Part shown: one piece after another, positions 37,094-47,176 of the stretch
Layout of the letters: each line of letters opens with the position of its first letter
How positions within the stretch are numbered: the stretch's first letter is position 1
Assembly: GCA_949358305.1 (NCBI GenBank)
Contig: OX442314.1
Location: 15,686,001 to 15,750,000, forward strand
Direction: 5' to 3'
DNA: 64,000 nt
Source of the DNA: Strigamia acuminata
Taxonomy: Eukaryota
Notes under the pieces: model-generated
What the model was told of the DNA's origin: nothing
What the model saw: the letters and a program-made list of their open reading frames with translations, nothing else
Database searches by the model: none
Position numbers and translations under genes: made by a program

Positions 37094-39634
37094 ATGACGA
37101 AAAGCGGGAAAAATCGAAACCCTTCAACCGCAAGCGCCCGAAGAAAAGCCATGGAATCCGCCAAGGCAAGGGCCGAAGCATTAGCTAGTCCAGCGTTAGA
37201 AAAGCAGCCACCGGAGCCGACGAGGGAAAAGACGACTGGAAAGACACCAGTCAACGAAAACCACGCGGAAAAACCACCCGAGAATGTGCCGACCGGAAAA
37301 ACGCCGGCTAGTAAAGTACCCGCTAGCAAAAACCCAACCAATAAAACGCCGATAAATCAGCGAATCGAAGAAGAAGTCGAAGAAGAGGAGGAAGAATCCG
37401 GACAAAGTCAGAACGGGTATAACCTATTCGACAATCGGGATAATCGCCAGAGTAATCGTGTCACGATCACACACGGTTATAATTCGAAGAAATCCCAGAT
37501 CGATAGCTGTAAAGAAGCGTACGAACTCGCTCGACTGGAGGGAATCCCTTACAACGAAGAAGGGGACCCGCTAGCACAGATGAACATGATCATTCGTCTT
37601 GCCAAAGAGCGAGCGGAAAAACGAGCCCTTAGAAGAGGTCGAAAAAACGTAAAACGTCAAAAAACGAATAACCAAACGACGGACTCCTATGATTCCACCC
37701 GAACATCCGACGCCGACGACGAAAGCGAGGCCGATTCCCTCGGCTCGAAAGGAATCAACGTTCAAGGATGGGATAGTATAGTGGACGAGCCAGTCGAAAT
37801 CCAGAACGAATTCCTGGAAGCCTTCCAGCAGGACCGTCGAAATAATAAGGGTCAACAGTCGTGGGCAATCGCCCAATCCTTTGCTACGAGAGCTGGCCAC
37901 ACCAGTCAAACCCCAAAGGATCCTAACGCAGAGATGATTAGACTGATAAATCAGCGAAACCACCTCAGAAACCAGCAAGGACGGAACAGGTTGGCAATGC
38001 CAAGCCTCGAAGATATCCAGACGGTACAAGCCAACGTCGAAGCAGCAAACGAGGCGGAAAGAATTAAAATACAAGCCGCCAACGAAGTCGACCGAGAAGC
38101 CGCAAGACTAAAGACACAACTTTACAGCGGGAGAGGGTCGACCATTTTGATCGGACAGAAGAACGGGGTCCTAAATGGAACAGCCATAAACGGAATTTTC
38201 CCCCCCGGAACACAACTGACCGAGTCGCAGCCAAACTCGACAACACCGACCTTGACCGACCCGAACTCAACCAACGGTAATTTCCAACGATTTGCGCCAC
38301 AAAATGGAGCTACGTCCCCGAACTGTGGGAATCAATACCAAGCCGATCCCATAATGGAAGCTAGATTGAGAGCACTCGAGGAACGAGCACGCGCCGACTC
38401 CCAGGTCAACCAAAATCGAAATCTGAGAAATCGCCCAAGACAAAACGAGAGCCTTCTTCGAAAATATTCCGCCGATCAATGGGCCTTAGAACAAAAGGAC
38501 CGAAACATAAAATGGTCACAGTTGCGACTGATGAGATTCGACGGAACCTGGAGGGCCGGCAATAACTTCTTAGACGAAGTGGCACTCACCATTTCACGAC
38601 TCGGAGCCGAACCCGACGAGATGGTAACAAAAGGGCTACCCGAAATGTTAATAGGGGAAGCCAGAGCCTGGTATGTGGAAGCAAAATTAAAAACTTGGGA
38701 ACAGTTTGTCGTCGCTTTCAACAGTCAGTACGGCGAGACCCAAAAAGAAATTAGACAGAGAGTCAGTCTCATGCTACAAGCCGCAGGAGAAGAATTACGA
38801 GCCTATTTCCGACGAGCGAAAAGTTTGTTCAACGAGTTGGATACGCCACTCGACGAATATGCGCAAAACGTGATTTTCGAAAAGGGGTTAAACGACACCT
38901 CAAAGAAAGTACTGAGAGATATGAACGCTCCCACAGCAGATAGTTTCGAACAGCTGCTAAAATTTGTAAATGACTATCACGAAGAAGTAGACGATCGTTA
39001 TACGGAAGCCCTGACGCCCGAACAGAGGACACAAACGCAACTCCGCATACAGCGTATCCATGCAAAAAATCATGACGCAGGGAGACTGATCCAGTCGCGT
39101 AGCTTCCTGAACGGGGAAATCGAGGCCGCACCTCCGAAAAAGGCGAACGATAAAGCCACCTCGAACCCGATACCGGCTCCAAAAGCTTACAAAGCCAGTA
39201 CAAACTCCGACGCAACTAATCTCGAAGAAGGGAGGGAAAGTGAAGACAATAACTCCGAGCAAAACTCAGGAGGGGATACCAGCGATAGCCAACAAGAAGA
39301 AGAGACTCTCCACGCTAACATGGGGAAAGAAATCGCCCCAAGCTACCGACCCCGAATGAAGACCGCGAATAAAACGGAGCACCACAATCCAAAAAGCGAC
39401 AAACCCTACGAGAAAAAAGAGTTCGTGAGACGACCGTACCCGAAAACAGATAACTCCACCACAAAACCTTGTAATTATTGTAACGAGGTGGGACACTGGA
39501 GAAGAGATTGTCCAAAACGAAAGAAGAGGAAAGAAGAGAAGGAAGCCGCCAAAAACGACGCATTGTTAGAAAAGCTAACAGCCAAATTCGAAGAACTGAC
39601 AAAAAACTGGTTAAAGCAGACAGAGAAAAAATAA
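37094..39634 (+). CDS. gag: Gag (846 aa): long low-complexity N-terminus, retrotransposon capsid region, one CCHC zinc knuckle
   Basis: LIGEARAWY...TWEQFVVAFNSQY...QAAGEELRAY capsid-like motifs; CNYCNEVGHWRRDC knuckle; ATG position conserved with the copy at 1328. Confidence 0.95.
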   Translation: MTKSGKNRNPSTASARRKAMESAKARAEALASPALEKQPPEPTREKTTGKTPVNENHAEKPPENVPTGKTPASKVPASKNPTNKTPINQRIEEEVEEEEEESGQSQNGYNLFDNRDNRQSNRVTITHGYNSKKSQIDSCKEAYELARLEGIPYNEEGDPLAQMNMIIRLAKERAEKRALRRGRKNVKRQKTNNQTTDSYDSTRTSDADDESEADSLGSKGINVQGWDSIVDEPVEIQNEFLEAFQQDRRNNKGQQSWAIAQSFATRAGHTSQTPKDPNAEMIRLINQRNHLRNQQGRNRLAMPSLEDIQTVQANVEAANEAERIKIQAANEVDREAARLKTQLYSGRGSTILIGQKNGVLNGTAINGIFPPGTQLTESQPNSTTPTLTDPNSTNGNFQRFAPQNGATSPNCGNQYQADPIMEARLRALEERARADSQVNQNRNLRNRPRQNESLLRKYSADQWALEQKDRNIKWSQLRLMRFDGTWRAGNNFLDEVALTISRLGAEPDEMVTKGLPEMLIGEARAWYVEAKLKTWEQFVVAFNSQYGETQKEIRQRVSLMLQAAGEELRAYFRRAKSLFNELDTPLDEYAQNVIFEKGLNDTSKKVLRDMNAPTADSFEQLLKFVNDYHEEVDDRYTEALTPEQRTQTQLRIQRIHAKNHDAGRLIQSRSFLNGEIEAAPPKKANDKATSNPIPAPKAYKASTNSDATNLEEGRESEDNNSEQNSGGDTSDSQQEEETLHANMGKEIAPSYRPRMKTANKTEHHNPKSDKPYEKKEFVRRPYPKTDNSTTKPCNYCNEVGHWRRDCPKRKKRKEEKEAAKNDALLEKLTAKFEELTKNWLKQTEKK

Positions 39635-42600
39635 TAAATCTGTCTGCACGCCCGGAAGACCAAACCCCAAAATTTACCACGAATACGACAATTGACCAGG
39701 CAATTAACGAAGTAATTACGGAAGAAGTAGTCAAATTAAAACTCGAATTAAAAGAGAAAAAATCGAAAGAAATTGAAACAAATAATAAAGAAATTAGCGA
39801 CTCAAGTTCGGAAGACGAATTAAAAGCCAAATGGATAAACACCAATTGGTTAGAAAAACAAATAAAAGAATTACAGAAAAAGGTCGTTTATTTCACTACG
39901 GCTTACTTCACCACAGAAAAACGCGAATATAGTGGCCCAACCACTAATACGGCGAACGGCGAAAAAATAGCCGAAACATTCCAAGAATTACCTCACGCCT
40001 ACGAGGAGGCCCCACCTCGAAAGAAACGCATTTTACATTGTAATTTGGTTAAAGAGCGGAAGGACTCACTCGCAATGTTAACAATCAAGTTTAACGACAA
40101 AAAATTCATCGGTTTGTTGGATTCGGGAGCCGACCGGTCCTTTATCTCTTCAGATCTATACGAGTCGTTGGACAAAAAACAACGCGACAAACTACGGGGA
40201 ATAAGCGAAAATGTGGCCGTAAAAACCGCTGCTGGAGAAGTGCGTCCAGTAGGGGTACTGACAACAAAAGTCATATGGGAGGGAGGCGTAATAACCCACC
40301 CTTTCATCGTTTTACCAACCTACGACACGGTCCTACTCTTGGGTATGGACATCATGGCCATAATGGAGATCCAGCCCAACCCCATAACGAGGTCCTGGAA
40401 CTATATCGATAAACGCGAGGACCCCCGACTAATGACAGTACCTACCGAACTCCTAGATTCAAACGACGAAGAGGACGAATGGAAGGGCGGAAATTTGAAG
40501 CAATTCGTACAAGATTACGATTTCAAATCTTTTAACGCCCGACTCCAAGAAGGAAATTTGGCTCACAATTTGGCCATGGACGCGAACCTAGGAGAAACCC
40601 AGACTAAATTACTTGAAGAAATGCTACAAAAACATCGAAAAATCCTGACTAAAGAACCGGGAAAGACAAATTACGTAAAACACGAAATAGAATTAAGTAC
40701 GGATAAGCCAGTACGAGTTCCATTCAAGGGCATGAACCCCCAAAAACGCGAAATCGTCAAGACGATCTGTCAAGACTTACTGGACAAGGGGATAGTGTCC
40801 GAGGCATTAGGAGAATATGCGATGAGAATCGTACTCGTCATGCGTGCAGGATCGGAACCCAGACTGTGTATCGATTATCGACCTCTAAACGCCATTACCG
40901 TTATCGACCCCGTCCAGATGCCATCAATCGAAGCTATTCTTCGAGAACTAGCCCCATTTAATTGGGTAACAACGATGGATCTGTCGAAAGGATATTGGCA
41001 GGTCAAACTCCGTGCCGAAGACAAAGAAAAAACCGCTTTCTGGTCCCCAATGGGCAGATTAATGTTTAACGTCATGCCATTTGGCCTAGTAAATGCCCCG
41101 GCAACATTTCAACGATTAATCGAGAAGGTTTTGGGCGACGCGCTACATAAATACGCCTGGGCTTACCTGGACGATATTATTATTGTTTCCCAGACTTTTG
41201 ACGAACACATCAAACATATCGACGAAGTAATACGTCGTTTAGCAAAAGCCGGACTCCACATACACCCCGGAAAGAGCCAGTTTTGCCGAAAAGAACTTGC
41301 GTTTCTTGGATACAAAGTTGGAGTCAATGGCTTATCCATAGACCCAAAGAAAGTACGAGCAATCACCGATTTTCCAGCACCTACGGACGTGAAAGGGGTA
41401 CAACGTTTTTTAGGAATGGTAAATTTCTTCGGCCGACTCCTGCCACATTTAGCAGAAGTCGCGGCCCCAATCACCGATCTTTTAAAGACTGTCCAGAAAA
41501 TAAATCCAAAGGAGGACCCGCCGAAAGACCCCGAAATCAAATTTAACTGGACCAGCCATTGCGAAGCAGCGTTTGACAAAATCAAACAAATGCTAATCGA
41601 CACCAAAACCATCCCTCTCCCCGACTTGAATCGCGAATTTATCTTACATACGGATGCGAGTAAAATCAGATTGGGGGCTGCGTTGATGCAAATGCACGAA
41701 ATCGACGGCATACATCAAGAAGTACCCACGATCTTTATCAGCCGGAAAATTCAAGCCGCCGAGAAAAATTACTCAGCAACAGAGCTTGAATGCTTGGCAA
41801 TCGTATGGGCAGTTCGTAAATTCAGGCCTTACCTCGAGTTTACAAAATTTACCGTCCAGACCGACCATCAGGCATTAAGGTGGTTCATGGGCCTGAAAGA
41901 ACCTTCGGGCCGGATGGCTCGATGGCAATTAGAGCTCATGGCTTACGACTTACAAATCGAGTACAAGCCAGGGAAGTATAACACAGTCGCCGACGCGCTC
42001 TCTAGAGCTCCCGCCTCAGAACCCGACGAGCCAGACGACGACGGCGACGACGATTCTCGGATAGCTTACTGTCCCACCCCGATCAGGAAGTGGGAATTCA
42101 GAAAACAGAATGAACTGCCGAAAGAAAAGTTGGAATCTTCCGATGAAAAATACGTCGGATATTGGATGAGGGCATATCAATCGGCAAAAGATGCCAGACC
42201 AAATTACGACTTATCCATCGAACCCAGAGTCTCGGATAAATTTGTGCGAGCTTTCGTTACGCACGTGAGTAAAGGCACGAACTGTGTCCCACCTACTCGC
42301 GAGGAACTCGTCGAAGCTCAGAAGAACGACACCGCCTTCTGTAAAAGGTTCTATGACTACTTGACCAACGAGACTTTCCCTGGCGACGTCTACAGCAAAG
42401 AATCCAGAGAAGAGTTCAAAATTAAGGCTTCCGCTTATCTGATAGACGATGGCCTACTTTTAAAGTACCATCCGAACTTTCGGGACGACTTGACAGAGTC
42501 AGGGAGTTCAATTAAAGTCGTAATTCCGAGAAAAGTTCGAACACAAATTCTGTGGATGGTACACGGCCACCCTCTAGCCGGACACGCCGGCGTGGCAAGG

Positions 42601-43935
42601 ACTCTCTACCGGGCCAGTCAACTGTACTATTGGCCCGAAATGAGAAGGGACATCGTACGATTCATACGACACTGTCCACGATGCCAAGCCTGCAAGCCTC
42701 GGAATAAGGCTAACTACGAGAATTTATCACTTGGACCGTTCGCCCCTTTTGATTGTTGGAGCGTAGACCTTATGGGTCCTAAGATAACAAGTGCAAATAG
42801 CCACAAATACATACTCGTGATCATGGATGTCGCAACAGGATGGCCAGAGTTGTATCCGATGGCCCACCCGACTAAGCAGAAAATAATCCAGTGCCTCTAC
42901 GAAGTCGCGTTACATTTTGGCTTCCCGCGGAAATTAATTTCCGATAATGGCCCACAATTCGCATCAAGGTTATACAAGGATTTCTGCAATCAATTCGACA
43001 TTCAACCATCATTTACTTCAACGTATAACCCACGGGCTAATCCCGTGGAGCGACTCAACCGCGACATAAAATATGCGCTTGCTATTTTCACAGACGTACA
43101 TTCCAAGTGGGACGAGTTCCTTAAAGAAATAGCATTTAGCATCCGAACGACCATTTCGAGAAACCGCGGCTTTTCCCCGGCTTATCTCAACTTCGCTCGA
43201 GAGCTACGAGTGCCCTGGGATCCACGCATCCCAGAAGGAATTCGAAAAGTCGATCCAAAAAATCCTCACATTTACGTACATCAACTAGAACAAGCAATTT
43301 CGGCAACCTACCAACATATGATGTCACACGTGTTTGACATGCGCGAACGAGTGAAAAAGTCTGAAAAGAACACACAATTTTGTAATTTCAAAATCAACGA
43401 TCTCGTATGGAAAGACACTCACATTTTATCCAGTGCAGATAAAGGGATTCATGCCGGCTTAGCCGACAAACGAGACGGCCCATACGTAATTACCAAGGCC
43501 CACGGCGGGAACGCATTTTCTCTGCAACGTTTGGCCGATAATGTAAATTTTCGATCAATCCACGCTCGAGAACTGACGCCTTACTTGCCGGAATTTCCAC
43601 AAGAAGAATGGGCCGAGGACCAAACGCAGCCATCTCCATCGCCCACAATACGAGATATGTTCGACGACATCGCCACTGTTTCAGACTTGAACGAAAATAC
43701 GACTCACGCAACTCCAGACAGCGCCGAACTAACTAGCGCCCCAGATGGAAATTTAGGAGGGGAGGAAGCAGCAGTTAACGAAGAAACTCCTAAAACTCCT
43801 GAAAAAGAAAAAGAGATTACTAAAAGATCCACACGATCGAGAAGTAAAATACCGAAACCTATAACACGACAAAGTACAAGAAAAAAGGCACCAAACCCGT
43901 TTATAAAGGACGGTAAAATCACCGGGAGGACATGA
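39508..43935 (+). CDS. pol: Pol polyprotein (protease, reverse transcriptase, RNase H, integrase), translated as Gag-Pol after frameshift at ~39607
   Basis: LLDSGADRSFI (PR); RLCIDYR, DLSKGYWQ, MPFGL, YLDD (RT); TDAS, ELECLA, TDHQAL, ADALSR (RH); HGHPLAGH...CPRC, DLMG, SDNG, PVERLN (IN); GPY module. Confidence 0.98.
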   Translation: MSKTKEEERREGSRQKRRIVRKANSQIRRTDKKLVKADREKIINLSARPEDQTPKFTTNTTIDQAINEVITEEVVKLKLELKEKKSKEIETNNKEISDSSSEDELKAKWINTNWLEKQIKELQKKVVYFTTAYFTTEKREYSGPTTNTANGEKIAETFQELPHAYEEAPPRKKRILHCNLVKERKDSLAMLTIKFNDKKFIGLLDSGADRSFISSDLYESLDKKQRDKLRGISENVAVKTAAGEVRPVGVLTTKVIWEGGVITHPFIVLPTYDTVLLLGMDIMAIMEIQPNPITRSWNYIDKREDPRLMTVPTELLDSNDEEDEWKGGNLKQFVQDYDFKSFNARLQEGNLAHNLAMDANLGETQTKLLEEMLQKHRKILTKEPGKTNYVKHEIELSTDKPVRVPFKGMNPQKREIVKTICQDLLDKGIVSEALGEYAMRIVLVMRAGSEPRLCIDYRPLNAITVIDPVQMPSIEAILRELAPFNWVTTMDLSKGYWQVKLRAEDKEKTAFWSPMGRLMFNVMPFGLVNAPATFQRLIEKVLGDALHKYAWAYLDDIIIVSQTFDEHIKHIDEVIRRLAKAGLHIHPGKSQFCRKELAFLGYKVGVNGLSIDPKKVRAITDFPAPTDVKGVQRFLGMVNFFGRLLPHLAEVAAPITDLLKTVQKINPKEDPPKDPEIKFNWTSHCEAAFDKIKQMLIDTKTIPLPDLNREFILHTDASKIRLGAALMQMHEIDGIHQEVPTIFISRKIQAAEKNYSATELECLAIVWAVRKFRPYLEFTKFTVQTDHQALRWFMGLKEPSGRMARWQLELMAYDLQIEYKPGKYNTVADALSRAPASEPDEPDDDGDDDSRIAYCPTPIRKWEFRKQNELPKEKLESSDEKYVGYWMRAYQSAKDARPNYDLSIEPRVSDKFVRAFVTHVSKGTNCVPPTREELVEAQKNDTAFCKRFYDYLTNETFPGDVYSKESREEFKIKASAYLIDDGLLLKYHPNFRDDLTESGSSIKVVIPRKVRTQILWMVHGHPLAGHAGVARTLYRASQLYYWPEMRRDIVRFIRHCPRCQACKPRNKANYENLSLGPFAPFDCWSVDLMGPKITSANSHKYILVIMDVATGWPELYPMAHPTKQKIIQCLYEVALHFGFPRKLISDNGPQFASRLYKDFCNQFDIQPSFTSTYNPRANPVERLNRDIKYALAIFTDVHSKWDEFLKEIAFSIRTTISRNRGFSPAYLNFARELRVPWDPRIPEGIRKVDPKNPHIYVHQLEQAISATYQHMMSHVFDMRERVKKSEKNTQFCNFKINDLVWKDTHILSSADKGIHAGLADKRDGPYVITKAHGGNAFSLQRLADNVNFRSIHARELTPYLPEFPQEEWAEDQTQPSPSPTIRDMFDDIATVSDLNENTTHATPDSAELTSAPDGNLGGEEAAVNEETPKTPEKEKEITKRSTRSRSKIPKPITRQSTRKKAPNPFIKDGKITGRT
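39601..39647 (+). promoter_or_regulatory. -1 programmed ribosomal frameshift signal (gag to pol)
   Basis: Slippery heptamer A AAA AAC (39601-39607) in the gag frame, 8-nt spacer, then a 9-bp stem GCAGACAGA (39616-39624)/TCTGTCTGC (39639-39647). Pol is in the -1 frame and has no ATG in the overlap. Confidence 0.88.
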
Positions 43936-44181
43936 TAAAGCAAGAAAAATCCAAAATGGTTGGCATAACCAATCAAAAGCGATAAAACAATATGACGTAA
44001 TTACCCCGACCTCCTAGGGACAAAAACAATCACAAGGAGACTCCAACAATCAACTACGTATTACATACGAAAGCCAATCAAGATACTTAACCTCGACTAC
44101 CCTTTCAACTTTGCACTCCGCGTTCTGTCACGACGACAACAGGTGCTTGACAAAAATCGCAACCAACAAATTGAATCAAAA

Positions 44182-47097
44182 ATGCGAAGAAACTGGAAGC
44201 AATCACCCGACAACGAAGAGGAAGAAATGGATCGGGACCCAAGCGAAGACGAATGGAACGATCCCGCAAGATGGGACGAGGTTGAACCGGAAGAAAATCG
44301 GGAAAAGCCCGATGGAAACGAAAAGGTAAAAATAACAAAGAATTTAATTTGTGGCTAAACCACGAAAATACGTGAAACAAGATTCATAAAAGAAAACATC
44401 TTTATGTCAACAAACGAAAAATGACACGAGCCATTATTTAAGATTCAACACGTGTAAAAAGCACATGGTCGACCATGGCGCCATCTTGAATTCAAATTCG
44501 GAATTTAACAAAAATCTAATTTTTATGTATTCATTCCTCAGCCGGAACACCAACTTACGTGGGGACCCATCGATCCGCAAAACGTGTCTTCGGGTACACT
44601 CTGGAGAAGCGAAATTCCGACCCCATTTCGAAGAGCGTTAGAGGACGACGTCGACACCGGACCATGGAAAATTCGGCTCACTTCATCCCGAGCCCGATCG
44701 CGATTTTGGGCAAGTCAGGAGACCCTGATACACTACTTCCCAGAAAAGATGCGCGACGCACTGAGGACTGAAATTCCAGAACGCGACGACGCACCAGCAC
44801 CACTCCCAAACAAGTTTTTGGAAAAGGACTACCCAAGCGAGCCCGAAGAGTGGGCTGTCCTCGAGAGGTGGCAAAACGCCGCTACAGACGAAGAGCGCCG
44901 ACAAATACACAGAGACTATTACAACGAAGTCAGACGGACGGCGTATCGAGATCTCTTCAAAATACTGAAACCAGCAGGGTATTCGACAGATGAGATAAAA
45001 ACTTGGTTAAGCCAGGTTCGAGGAGAAAGACCAGACGTTCCCAACTGGCGACCCGAACACGGATTTATCACCTCACAGAAAGCAATGCACCAGCTCCACT
45101 ACCTGGGCATCTTTGGGCGCAAGCGACAAAAAGCGGAGAAGCGACTCTCGAGCGAGTTGTTGAATAACACACACGACAACAAGCGACGACGCCTGGATCA
45201 GCCAAGCACGTCGTACAACACGCAAGATCGATCGCAGTCACATCCTCGAGTTTATTACCGACACGCTCGAGAACCCTCACCGCGACGAGAACCCAGAGTC
45301 GAGAGACCACGAGAGGTTGAGACTTACCGCTACTCCAGGAATCGACCGAACCAACGCGGATGCCTCAGGTTATCAAGACCACGAGCGGAAACATGGGGAC
45401 GCTTTGAGAGATCACGTGAAGTCGATGAGGTAGAGACTCTGCAAGTGGAAGTTCGACAAGAAGTGCCAATAACGATCGAACACGAACAATCGGTAGAGCC
45501 GATGATCGTACCCGAACAAGAAAAACTTTACACCGAAGCCGATATGGTAGCAGCCGTCCTGAAAGTCAAGAACGAACAGGCGAAACCCGTCTATCGGCCG
45601 ACCAAATCAATCGAGATGAGTGTAACATCGGTACCAAGCGCATTCATCAAGGCGCCAACAAAACCAGTTAGTAGCGTACCTTCTAGTCTGCCCAGCGCAT
45701 TCCGAAAGACTGTGATTATCGGAACCCCAACATCGCTGAGTCCCTTTGAACAACTTAAACGACGACAAGATCGTTTTGGACCCATTTTCCCGGCCGTACC
45801 GGAAGAAACGCGAAGCGAAATTTCCACGTCAAGAACGCCGATTGTTTGGGATGAGCCCGAACCCGACATTCAACGAGTTTTAATTAATTCAAAGCAAGTG
45901 GCCGTGGCTAAAACCGATAAGAACGACCAAACGCCTTCAAAACCAACCTCCAATAACCAGTCTTCGGAGGTTCGAGCCACGATCCAGTTCGACCCAACGC
46001 CATACGATTTACAGTCGTTTCTCGACACAACCACGATCGAACAAGCGAAAGAGATGGTGTCCGACGTTGACGAATATCAAGCCAGGACCATGCGGATTGC
46101 GGTAACAAACATCCAAAGTGCAGCCATAGAGTTCATCAAGAGCCCTGGACGAGATCATCCGTCACGAACAGCGCGCACAACGGTCGTACTCACGGACATG
46201 ATGTCGCTCGTATTGGCCGCGTCCACATTTAGAAACGCCCGTGTAGCGTTGGCAGCCTGGGCAGTCGTCGCACATGAAAGCTTTCTGTTGCCTCCCGCTC
46301 TCATCGAACGATGGCTAAAGTTAGTCCCTTCCTGTATCCAGGTTCGCACACAGTTAGTTGCGGAGGACGTCGACCCGGAGCAATCATATCAAGCGGTCCG
46401 AACTGTGGCTTTACCACAGAGCAAACCAGTCGTATTAATCAACGAACCTCTCCCTGAGACTCCAGCAAACCAGACAGTCCCGGCAGCCGCTCCAGAGGAG
46501 ACGATAAAGTTCCCCGAAGGACTGGTCCCGATCGAAGGCGTGAAAGCAGTCGTCCGAAAATCAAAAGCGAAGCCGAAGATCCTGCGGCCCAAGAAAAGGA
46601 CGGAGCCAAAGCCGTTGCCTCCAATCGATGCACATCTGAAGACGTATTATCCGAGCTTGACCATGACCAAGGGAACGAAGGATAAAATTAAGAAATCAAG
46701 CGATCATGGTCATTCGCTTTATGTGTGGATGGAACGCACCCTCGAAGCAGGTCCGGGCGTCGATTTCATTCAACACCAACGTCTATTGCGCGCCCACCGT
46801 GCCCCAAAGACTCCAGCCGAGGCCCAGAAGATCCACCACACGAATCAAGGCCTAGCTCCCTTCCTTTCACGTATTTGGATACACGAACGAGTCGGCGCCG
46901 CATACGAACCGGTTGGCGGCCACGATCGATATTTTATCGGAGAATTTGAAGATCCAAGCGACCGCTCGTCCCGTCTTACCTCCACTCCGCCGATCAGTAA
47001 ACCCACAACTCCGAAGATGGCTGAACCATCCGTAACTGAAGAACTACCTCCACCTCCGCCTCCGGATGTTCCCCAGGGATCACCTGAGAAGAAGTAA
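44182..47097 (+). CDS. ORF3, unknown accessory protein (~899 aa), predicted join(44182..44325,44542..47097); not env-like
   Basis: 851-codon open frame with no ATG near its 5' end. An upstream 48-codon ATG exon joins in frame via AAG|GTAAAA ... CTAAT...TTCATTCCTCAG|CCG. The ORF ends 67 nt before the PPT. Confidence 0.75.
44326..44541 (+). other. Predicted 216-nt GT-AG intron within ORF3
   Basis: Donor AAG|GTAAAA, branch-point-like CTAAT at 44516-44520, pyrimidine tract and CAG, phase 0 at both ends. AT-rich and contains in-frame stops (first TAA 44356-44358). Confidence 0.7.
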
Positions 47098-47164
47098 AGT
47101 GAAATCTAACTTTGAGTTTTCGCAATGTTTGTTGTTTTATTGTAAATCCCCCAACAACATTGCT

Positions 47165-47174
47165 GAGGAGGGGA
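47165..47174 (+). promoter_or_regulatory. Polypurine tract
   Basis: GAGGAGGGGA, 2 nt (CG) before the 3' LTR. Confidence 0.9.
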
Positions 47175-47176
47175 CG

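Noticed and set aside
43600..43935. Chromodomain at the integrase C-terminus
   Set aside because: The tail after the GPY module is low-complexity acidic then basic, without the aromatic-cage/YLVKW pattern.
44584..47097. ORF3 as an envelope (env) gene, and the ORF-track start at 44584
   Set aside because: No signal peptide, almost no Cys, no C-terminal TM helix; the one hydrophobic stretch is broken by RNAR. The 44584 start is a GTG inside a frame already open from the splice acceptor at 44542.
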